A DNA stretch of 61,755 nt, counting the filler, from Choristocarpus tenellus KU-1152 (Eukaryota; Protista; Phaeophyceae): assembly GCA_964200185.2 (NCBI GenBank). It is 11 parts of 11 records of this genome, joined end to end, with 100 filler letters (N's around TTAATTAATTAA, not from the genome) between each part and the next. Parts side by side here need not be neighbours in the genome. Positions count along the whole stretch, not along the records: positions 49,871 to 57,762 come from CAXNAD020005434.1; positions 57,863 to 61,755 come from CAXNAD020017308.1; 9 more parts are not named here. One strand, given 5' to 3'. The notes beneath the pieces were generated by a model. It was not told the DNA's origin and did not search any database. It saw only the letters and a list, made by a program, of their open reading frames with translations. A program made the translations under genes and the position numbers. Position 1 is the stretch's first letter, and each line of letters starts with the position of its first letter. Below are positions 51,613 through 61,755 of the stretch, piece by piece.

Positions 51613-54600
51613 GCGCCAGGAGAGGCTTGAACTCGGCGAAGCAGTGGCTTTGATTGAGGCTGTCAAAGCCATCTTCAGATTGGAGCCAAACATGGTTGAG
51701 CTAGATGCCCCGGTGGGTCATTACTGCTATTGATATCAATGGAGGTATATATTGATATTAAGGGTACCAGTTGACTAACCCTAACCTTAACCCTAACCAA
51801 ATGGTAGATATTGATATCAATTATTATTTTGATATCAAAGGGTATTTTGGCAATAGTTGGACTAAAAACAGAACTGTTAATATGTTTTGGGGGGCAAGTA
51901 GTGTACGTGCTCACTACCGAACCCTAACCCCAATCCTAATCCTAACCCCAAGGAGGTTTTTAGTCTGCTATGACTTCGAACCGTCTATGCAGTATTGATA
52001 TTTTGATACAAACACGGGATCTAGGAACTGTGTTGAAACTCATTTTTCAGGCCTTATATATCATTTTTTTGAAAAAAAAAGAAAAGAAGAAGATACACGT
52101 CAGTTGCATAAATACTGTAAATACTGTAAACAAGTACTCAGAATATAGTCTATCTTGGAAACCGGGATACCATACCCATTGGTTACTCATCAGCATCTGA
52201 GACTAAGAGTGCCCTAGCCCTAACCCTTACGTCGAAGATAGAAAAAAAAGAGAGGGGGCATCCGTAGGTTCTGCGATACAACAACAACGCCTTACCACTG
52301 CAGTAGAGTGGAAGGGTACTCAGCAATTATGATACCCTTTGAAGGATTGCTGTGAAGTTACCTCTAGCACGCGTCAACCTCCATCCCTCCCCTGGCCATG
52401 AACCATGAACCATGAACCAACGGGTATTGCCTGTGGTCATGATACTACCACCCCGCACCTCACTGTTTCAATGTGGGTTTTGCTAGAGAGTTTATGGCCA
52501 GACTTGGAGTGATCTGGTTTGTCCTTTGTGTGTTTGTATCATTGTGTGTGACTGTGATTGGTCGGTACAGGTCATGGTTTGTTTTTGTCTCAATATGCCC
52601 TCAGTCTGGAAAGTGCTGCCCTTTTTTTTTAATGCACTTGTTTGGATCCCTCATCTCTGGCATCGGTCTTGTTTTGTTAAAGATAAGGAAGGCTGTATCC
52701 GTCGTGTTATTTGTGTTGTGGGTTGGGAGTTTTGTTTCTTTTCATTCACACTAGACTATGTTATGTACTACCTAGTATTGCATTTAGCCTGCGCTTTTTT
52801 CTTTTTTCTTTTTTTTTTTGGGGGGGGGGGATTAGGTTTATGGCTATGGTTTTGGTTATGGAAAGATACTATAGTGTATATATCCAGTGATGGGTTTGTA
52901 AGCTGCTTGATATTTATATGAGCATAAAAATGTAAGTTGAGAGTTTTTCACTTTATGATTTACTAGGTAGCATGTACTATAGTAGGTAGGTAGTATATTG
53001 CATTGGCATTGTAGTATGTTCTAGAGCACAATGTACATCTTTTCTTTTTGGATATATGTAGGATTACATTTGAACAGTCTGGCACATGTTTTTTCGAGGT
53101 TTGCACCACCATACTGTGGCATTATCATTCTGGAACATCTGTCACCCTGAGCGTTCTACTAATCTCAACAGAGAAAATCAACCTAGTAGTCAGTGCGTAT
53201 ACCTTTAATTGTCCTGTAGAGTCGACAGTACCGGGTTTTTTGTCCTCATTCCAACACTGTACCTTTTTTTTCATCATTTCAAAACCGTACCATCTTTTGT
53301 CCTCATTCCAACACTGTACCTTTTTTTTCATCATTTCAAAACCGTACCATCTTTTGTCATCATTCCAACACCGTACCCTTTATTTTCTCATGATTATGGT
53401 TGAGATTACAAACTTGAAAGAAGAACCTAACTTTTTTCTGGACCCACATACATACACATACTTACGTCATATCTCTCAAAGGTTATGGTGGTTGGTGATG
53501 TGCATGGACAGTACTTTGACCTCCTTAACATCCTTCGAAAGTGGCGTCCAGACCACAACCTCCTCTTCCTTGGGGACTATGTTGGTGAGCAATGCATACC
53601 AACGCCATCCTGGTGGTGGTGGTGACCTTAATTGCGTCCTATCCTGAGACTTGAGTGCTGTTGAGGACCTTGAATGTGACAATTTAAGGTACTACTACTA
53701 TTTTCGTGTTTCTTTTGTTGTTCATTGTTAGGGTTAGGGTTAGAACATTGTCTTCTGGTGTTTTGTTGTGGTTATCATGTTGTATGCAGATGGTGCTGTG
53801 CTGCTGGGAAGGAGTTTTGTTAGTGCTTGGTACAGTTTGTTCTTTGCTTTGTGCCTCTGAGGACTAGAGTACTTGGGGAAGGAAGGGTTTATTGCAGCGA
53901 TCGGACACCTTAGGTGAGTTGATACTACTGGTAGGTGAGCTGAACTGTATATATTGTAGTTACTGGTGTTTGATACTATTGGTAGGTGAGCTGAACTGTA
54001 TATATTGTAGTTACTGGTGTTTGGTACTATTGGTAGGTGAGTTGAACTGTATATATTGTAGTTACTGGTGTTTGATACTATTGGTAGGTGAGCTGAACTG
54101 TATATATTGTAGTTACTGGTGTTTGATACTATTGGTAGGTGAGTTGAACTATCTATATGTTGTAGTTACTTGGTGTTTGGTACTATTGACTGAATTATTA
54201 GAATGAAGCCTCAGGGCACTCTGAGGTTGGTTTGTTTCTTTCTCCGAGTTGGAACATGTAAGGCAAGTTCTCAAAAGCTCTAAATATTGTTTGTCCATAC
54301 CAAGTTCTCAAACCTCTTCTGGTACCAGTCTGCAATAGCTGGTTCGAGATTGTAGTAATAAACACTACGGACAAGTGTTTGTACCTGAAATACTATTAGT
54401 AATTATGAAGACTTGGGACCACTTTTTGCTAGTGGATCAACCTACATGGTCTGTGGTACCAAACCATGTACCAGTAGTGGTACCTATTTCTTTCCCTTGG
54501 TGATCGCTCCTTGTGCTGTTGATGCAGGGTTTAGGATTAGGTGTATTTTTTACTGACTTACCTGTTGTTGGCTTGCCATCCATTTGACACGTCCTTGGGT

Positions 54601-56781
54601 GGAGCTGGGTCTGTTTCTTGCTGCTTGTCTTGGAGGAATGAAATATCTAGTACCACACTGCCTACTGTGTGTCCTTGGTACCAGTAAAGTACAAGATAAG
54701 AGTTATTCCAATAAATGTACAAGGGGGAGTTGTTGATCCATGGTATTGGTTAGGTGCAAAGCATGGTTCCGTCTGATTGTGTGTAACCAGGAATCTCTGG
54801 TGGCCACAGCACAATTTGAAAATCACCTTGCTTTTTGTTGGGGATGTAGAAGGATCGTATGTGGTGTTCTACTTGAATTTCTGAGGCGTGTAGTAGCATT
54901 TGTAACTGATATCTCCGTTTGTCCCATGCAGATCGTGGTCAGTTCTCTTGCGAGGTGATGCTTCACTTGATGGCCCTCAAGCTAACCTACCCGGACAAGG
55001 TGTTTCTCATTCGTGGCAATCATGAATGCTCCGCGGTGAGCAGTGGTTGGGTTGTTTAGATACTTTTGTTTAGAGAATTTTGTTTAGATACTTTTGTTTA
55101 GAGACTTTTCTTAGACACTCTGTTGTTCACGGCACACCTATAGAATCATGGGTGGGGGGGTGATGCAAGCTAACCCCATCCCTAACCCTAATCCTCCTAT
55201 ATCCCCCTGAAGACAAGAATGCATGACCCCCATTATCCCTGCTGGCTATATCACCTCCCATCCAGGAGTCGTTTGAGATATTATAAAATCACAAGTCATC
55301 GAGGTAGTGTGGGTAGTGTGGGTAGAGGATTGGAAGCTGTGCTTTCCAGTGGCCTATTTGATTTTTGGCAATGCATGGTGGAATATTACCTTAACCTTAA
55401 CCTTAACCCTAACCCTAACCCTAAGGAAAGGAGATGTGCAGTATCATGATGTAAGAAGAAACTGTGTTAAGAGGTTTCTTGAGTCAATATGTACCTGAGG
55501 GGTGTGTGTGTGTTTGTTTCTTACTGTTTTAGCTTTTGAGTGTTTTGTTCAACCATCTTTTTTTTAAATATGAAGACCTTCAGCAAGAGGTATTGGTTGG
55601 GATGACTTACTTCTGCAGAATGGATGTACTCACAAAACAGTCAGAGGGCGCTCCACAATTAACTGTTGACTAAGTGCTCCAAAAACATATTCCACCATGA
55701 AGGTTAAAGAAGACCCTTCAAACTCAGGAGTATCCTCCTTTTATTTTAGTTTCTTTCACTCTCTTATCCTGTTTTGTTGCAGCTCTTTCTCTCTATGTGT
55801 ATGTGTGTGTGTGTATTTTCAACCCTAACACTCATTATAGATTGTTGGTAGGCGTTTGTACTGACATGAGTCACCTGTGAAACAGTCATTGCCTACATGT
55901 CTATAGTGCATATGGTGTGTAAAGCGGGGTTTCTACTCCTGATGCGGCTTCTTGTGTGTGGATGGGTGTGTTGGTCCTTGTTTTGTTTTTTGACAGGTGT
56001 CTGCACACTTCGGATTCAAGGATGAGTGCAAGGCTAAGTATGGTCTTACAGTCTACTACCGATTTCTCCTCTGTTTCCAGGTGTGCTTTGGGGTTAGGGA
56101 AGAGGGGCGTACCTTACAGAAATCACTTATGGTTAGGGTTAGGGTTGTAGGGTTAGGGTTAGGGTTAGGGCTCGTGTCATACATTTTGAGATATCTAATT
56201 TCCTGTCGGAGGCGGTGTTTTTGTGGGAAGGGTCTTAATGTTGAGTCTCTAAGTTGACATCTTTTTTTGGTGTAACATCCTATGGCAGTAGACAAACATT
56301 GGGATTGTACTGGGGTTCTAGCTTGGACCTCTAGTTTTGGTTCTGAGGAAATGTGTTAATGTTTTGATGTTAAATGTGTGAGATAGATTGTCGACATCAA
56401 GGGATACAAGCTATGGAGTGAGTAGAATTCAGAGTATTGTAAATAAGAGGATGTGTTGTTTGAAGTCATCTCTCGGAGTAGCGTCCCTTCCAGTTCCATC
56501 CCGCCTAGTCCAGAACTTTTCTATCTGTGATGGCATGTATCCTGTGTGTCTTCTGTTTCATGCTCTTGATTGTCATTATCCATTTGTCTTGTCTGCAATA
56601 TTAAGACCGTACTTGTCTGTATCTGTCCTGATACTTTTGTCCCCGTACTTTGAATTTTCTTACTCTGTACTTTGTACTACTGTTTGCTGTGTGTATGTGG
56701 TACCAGACTATGCCCATCTGTGCTCTAATCAAGACAACCATTGGGCGCATATTCGCCTGCCATGGTGGAATTAGTCCAGAG
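51613..56781 (+). CDS. PPP-family Ser/Thr phosphatase, calcineurin A (PP2B)-like, five internal exons
   Basis: Exons: 51613-51712 ([33 protein letters not shown]), 53482-53584 ([21 protein letters not shown]), 54932-55035 ([16 protein letters not shown]), 55997-56080 ([13 protein letters not shown]), 56707-56781 (CHGGISPE). GDxHG, GDYVDRG and RGNHE are present; FxFKxECKxKY is calcineurin-like. Confidence 0.92.
53237..53380 (+). repeat. 57-bp tandem repeat, about 2.5 copies
   Basis: TTTTGTCCTCATTCCAACACTGTACCTTTTTTTTCATCATTTCAAAACCGTACCATC. Confidence 0.85.
53918..54189 (+). repeat. 51-bp minisatellite, about 5 copies
   Basis: TTGATACTATTGGTAGGTGAGCTGAACTGTATATATTGTAGTTACTGGTGT. Confidence 0.9.
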
Positions 56782-56866
56782 GTGATAATGCTAACCCTTG
56801 ATGAGACCGTGTAACACTGTGTTGTGTTCCACTGTTGGTATCATGTATGTCCGTGTGAACTATATT

Positions 56867-57097
56867 TATGTACCATGAGTCCAGGCTGTAAGTATGTACC
56901 ATGAGTCTAGGCTATTAGTATGTACCATGAGTCTAGGCTATTAGTATGTACCATGAGTCCAGGCTGTAAGTATGTACCATGAGTCCAGGCTATTAGTATG
57001 TACCATGAGTCTAGGCTATTAGTATGTACCATGAGTCTAGGCTATTAGTATGTACCATGAGTCTAGGCTGTAAGTATGTACCATGAGTCCAGGCTAT
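56867..57097 (+). repeat. 26-bp minisatellite, 9 copies
   Basis: ATGTACCATGAGTC(C/T)AGGCT(GTA/ATT)AGT, head-to-tail. Confidence 0.92.
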
Positions 57098-57248
57098 AAC
57101 TTCATACCCTGAGTATGAACTATGATTGCAGGGTTTGACTCGAGTTGTTTCTAGCTCTCAAGTTGTGGCAAACATACATAGTCTGTTGTATTTTTTTATT
57201 TACTATATATTGTATGGCATTCCTATCAATGGAATGGTCTATGTCTTA

Positions 57249-57525
57249 CATTCAGTCAGTAGGATGTCTTCATGTACCTTTTTACTGTCGCATCCAGCCA
57301 ATAGGATGTCTTCATGCACCTTTTTACTGTCACATCCAGCCAGTAGGATTCCTTGCTGTAATTTTAGCTATTACATTCAGCCAGTAGGATTCCTTGCTGT
57401 AATTTTGACTGTCACATTCAGCCCGTAGGATTCCTTGCTGTAATTTTGACTGTCACATTCAGCCAGTAGGATGCCTTGCTCTAGTTTTGGCTGTCACATT
57501 CAGCCAATAGGATGCCTTCATCCAC
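57249..57525 (+). repeat. 41-42-bp minisatellite, about 7 copies
   Basis: CATTCAGCCAGTAGGATTCCTTGCTGTAATTTTGACTGTCA and variants. Confidence 0.88.
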
Positions 57526-57963
57526 CTTTATACTTTCCCATACCACTCCATCTGGTTACGGCTCTCTCACTTGATGTGTGTGTCCTGTCAGAAACTTTCC
57601 TGGATGAGCCTCGAGAGCTAGTGCTAGATAATACGTATACACAGAGTCAAATTCATTCATGAAGCCAATCTATGGTTGATTGGGGAGTTGTGACTTGTTG
57701 CTGTCCCTTACTCTCCCCCCCCCCCCTTTTTCACAACAACCCCCCCCCCCCCCCCCACCAACNNNNNNNNNNNNNNNNNNNNNNNNNNNNNNNNNNNNNN
57801 NNNNNNTTAATTAATTAANNNNNNNNNNNNNNNNNNNNNNNNNNNNNNNNNNNNNNNNNNNNTGTTTGTTTTTTCGACGGTGTTGCCTAACCCCCCCCCC
57901 CCCCCCCCACTCATACATACCCTGTTGGCGTGGTAATAACGATGCCTCATCCTCACTGGCTGG

Positions 57964-60900
57964 GTGCATAATATTTTCCGTTTTCTGCCCATCACGAAGG
58001 TGGGCGTTCCTCCCTCGGCGAAAACAACTCTACGAAACTGGCAGCAAGGCGTAAAGTCCCTTCAACCAGAGTCCTCCGAGGTACTGAAGGAAGTGTGTGA
58101 GACCTTGTCACCACAGGTCGACCGCAACACAGTCACACTGAACTATCTGAGTCGTGAGGAGTTTGCCGGCTTCACTTCTCTCAAGCAGGGGCTATGCATC
58201 CACCTGCTTGCTAGGCAAGTCAAACCGCCACTGTGTTTTATTGAGTAGACAGCAGTAAGCGCAATGTGTGCAGGTCGCAGCACATTGCACAGGAACGTTC
58301 AATAAGTGTCTCCTACGATGAAGAATGTAGTCAGCCATTGTTGTGTCGAACGAAGAACCCTTCGTAGTATTGTGGAAGTACTATCTGCAGTGTGTGTTTC
58401 CTGTGTATGTGCGCTCTTGTCTTTTCTGAACTACGACAATCGTTTCATGAACATTTTCTGCAGTGGCGACCCTTTCCTCATCATTACCTGCGCATCGTTC
58501 TCGTTGAAGTCCTTCATGGCCATTCTCTTTTGCAGGTACAAATCGTTCAACGGGAAGGTTCCTACGGCAAGGGACTACAAGGACATCGAATCGGACGCAC
58601 ACATGTCTGAGATGCTTGTCTTGCGCATCAGGCAGATTGTACCCAAGGAGAAGTGGACACCAGAGCTCCAAAGGTTGGTAAATGGTGCAGTTGCAGTGGT
58701 TATCTTTTTTTGCCTTTTCTGTGTCTCCTGTGCACCCATACGTCGCCATGCGCCCCTCAATTGTAAAATATACTGTCAGCGTCTTTTTCGGCACCGCACT
58801 TATTGATTGTTGCAAAACTGATCTGAATTTTCGGACGTTACGTGAATGATGCAGGGGCTGCCAGGGAAATGGACAGGCTCGCATATGAGAAGTGCAATAT
58901 GCACGAGGTCTAGGTCAAGCCCCACCACGAGGAGAGGAAGAGCGAGGTGGCCCAACTTCTGCAGAAGGTTTCATCTGGCGGCCAACAAACGGGGCCTGTC
59001 CGACAGCTGAGGGCAAACATCTCAACGGTTGTCGGAATGAAACCTCTGCAACGGGTCAGAGCCGTGAGTGTGCCTCCTGTGTTCGTAATTACAGCTGAAA
59101 TGGCTTGTACAAAAACAATTGGTTGACGCTTTGTAGGATTGGTGGGTCTTCGTCATCATCATGAGCGACAGAGTTGCCTTCCCTACAACAAACGATGCTG
59201 TTTTGTCAGATCTAGTCTTTCGTTGCTAATTGCGGGAATAGCCAATCGTTTCCTTCAACTCTAGGCAACAATCTTGGTCAATCTCCACCTCGTTTCTGCC
59301 TCCAACACGTGTCACTGTCGTAACCTACAGACAGGCTGGCGTCCTCGACATTGACTTCTTTCAAACTATTTCGCCCTGCAAGCCGCCTCCATTAAACAGG
59401 TTCACCACGTCAACCGTATCGTTTGCTATGTTCGATTGACATGCTATCGTTCTTACATTACACTCTCCCATTTTTGACGTCACCATCGTCCCCTCTTCTC
59501 CTCAACAGCGTCCTCCGCCGTGTCCACCACCAGATTCTCGAGAAGGACTCGACTCTACGCGCTTACCTCACCACCTGGAATGGGAAGTATCAGGATGTCC
59601 TCAACCAGGTCAACCTCCACCAGGTTCACAGCGGGTGGGGCTGTGATGGCGGTGGCGCAGACGTCGAGAGCAACAAAGGATCGGCATCAGATGGCCGTGA
59701 GAAACAAGACGAGGGAGGGTGCGAACACAAAGGAGGGGACGGAGACGAGGGAGGGGACGTACAAAAAGGAGGGGACGAACTGCCAGACAGGGAGGATACG
59801 GGCGAAGGGGGTTCTGTCGGCGGCGTTCCTGGTGCGGAAGAAGAACAAAACGACCATGGAGGGTGGAACGCGGGCGTTTGCTGTACTGAATGCAATCCTC
59901 CACCTACGTCTTGGTGAGTAATGTAGTTGTAACGGTGCACACGGGGATGGCAGGTAATTAATGGCGTAAGATTAGTTTCCATCCAATCCCCCGAACGGCT
60001 AACTAGGTTGTCTCTTTTCAGCGGTGCACGCCATTGAACCAGTGGATCTTGCGGGGTCCCTCTGTGTGCGGTGCTGCGGTCGCTACCCCCACATCTCTTT
60101 ATTTGCCACAGCCCGATTGTGTGTTAATGCATGTACATCACCGACTGTTGTATCTCACCTGTACTACTTCGTACTGTTTTGCACCGCCAATTTCGTGGTC
60201 CTTCGTAACCGTGGATCCCTGTGTTGCGTTGTTGTGCCCAATTAATGATTTGGAAAAATACTATCCTGTCTGTTTGACACTCTCATTCGATGCCACGCGC
60301 GACAGGTATTCATGCCCAAAGTGCTCCATCACACACATGGTGCCTACGCGGAGATTGTGGGCGACGAGAGGCACAAGGATCGATTATATATCAATTGCCC
60401 CATGGCACAGGAGGGCAGTGAAGGGCCTGGAGAGGTGGGGAACGAAGCGGCGGGTCGGGCGGGGCAAGGTCAAGGGTAAGGGTCACGCAAGGAGCACGGG
60501 CGGGTCACCCACCAGGCAAAGCCTTTTACGTCCCCCCTCACGCAGCGAAACGGCGGACATGGAAAAGTGCATGTGGGTCTCGGCGTGGTTGCACATTATA
60601 CGGACATACAAGCCGTATCTGCGCGTTCGGTTTCGCGTTGGTTTGCACGTGGGTCTTGGCTGCTTGTACATCATGTGGATTGCTCGTCCTTTGTGTGTTG
60701 GATGTGACGTTTTTTTGGAGGTTTCCATGGGCCATGGAACTTAATGTTTTGACGTCTACCCTCCTTCCACGAGATGTATCTGATGTATCTGGCGTTGTGG
60801 AGGGTACGGCTTGACATTTTGGGGATGCCGTGGAAATATTATCAGGATCTCTCTTAATGATACGATTGCCTGCACCGTCGCTTACGACGCTGTCCTTCTT

Positions 60901-61755
60901 GTCGTGCTGTCTGTGTACTGTGTCGTGTGTCATGATGTCCAACCAGGACTGAGAACACTGCACTACATGGCCTTCGCCCTCTCGACCCTACGATACCCTT
61001 AAACCGCCTGAAAGAGTTCGCCTTCCACAACGTGCCAAAGCTCGCCATAGTGTCCATTGCCGCCGAGCCAAGACTCGTCAACGACGAAGAGGCGACCAAC
61101 ACACACTTGCGCCAGGTGGTTAAGTGCTTGCAGGTGAAGGTACATCCTCACGGCACCATTGCGCTAGTTGTGCCCAACCCGTGGGCCGCGCAAGCACACC
61201 GCCTAAACGGTGAGTTGCAGAGTTTGCTAGCGCTGAAATACGGGGTGTATTGCGGGAGACTATTGCAATGCGCCATGGCCGTTATCAGTCCTTCCGTGTG
61301 CCCATCGAATATTGTGCTGCCGTTCAGGAGATGCGGATTATGTCGTGTGTCTTTCTTTTTCGCTTTCCCCATGTTGTTTCATGTTCTTTGTACCTTCTAT
61401 TTCCTTTTGTGTCTCTTGCTCTTTCCCCCGGGTCCTTCGCAGTTCTTTGTTTCATTGTCCGCGAATCGCATGCTGGTGTTACTTGTCTTCACTACATTAT
61501 TTTTGTCGTCTTTCCTTCTATTACAGAATTTCCTATTGTTTGCATTTTTTGCATTTGTTATTTGCCTTGCGTTCCACCCTCATTGTACTACTATCATGAT
61601 AGTGGTATGCGATTTCATGAATCCCAACGATAACTACTTGTGTGATGTCACTGTCAATTTTGACGCATGCCGGACCCACGCGCTTGCTCCCGCCTTCTCT
61701 TCATTCAGGGGCTCTTATGGCGTCAAAGGTGGGCTTGGTTGTGGAGGATCATCCC
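57964..61755 (+). pseudogene. Orphan multi-exon gene with a CxxC-x9-CxxC motif and one in-frame TAG (pseudogene, sequence error or alternative splicing)
   Basis: Phase-compatible exons: ..58214 (GC donor), 58536 to about 58684, 58855-59063 (TAG at 58911), 59335-59399, 59509-59913, 60306 to about 60629, 60947-61209, 61709.. Exons are visibly GC-richer than introns. Confidence 0.55.

Noticed and set aside
56867-57525. CRISPR-like arrays
   Set aside because: The units are head-to-tail with no unique spacers, no cas genes are present, and the context is a eukaryotic intron.

Overview
The window is eukaryotic nuclear DNA made of 11 unrelated short contigs, joined by an artificial 100-nt linker (N44-TTAATTAATTAA-N44), so adjacency across linkers has no biological meaning. 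Intron-rich genes with short exons, EsV-1-7-type Cys repeats and TTAGGG-type repeats suggest a brown alga or close ochrophyte relative (inference). Manual splicing gave phase-consistent partial gene models for TXNDC9/PLP3, a signal-peptide PDZ-like protein head-to-head with it, exosome subunit RRP4, peroxin PEX2, a long-chain fatty alcohol oxidase, an A20/TRABID-type OTU deubiquitinase and a calcineurin-A-like phosphatase. It also gave several unknown genes, including an 8-exon orphan with a GC-AG intron and one in-frame TAG. Mobile DNA includes two decayed DD39D/Stowaway-type mariner elements, copia remnants, two MITE families sharing one TIR core with 3-bp TSDs, and a foldback element. The most unusual structure is a tandem and inverted repeat cluster in an RRP4 intron that combines tRNA-like Pol III boxes with an antisense hammerhead-like motif with a non-canonical core.
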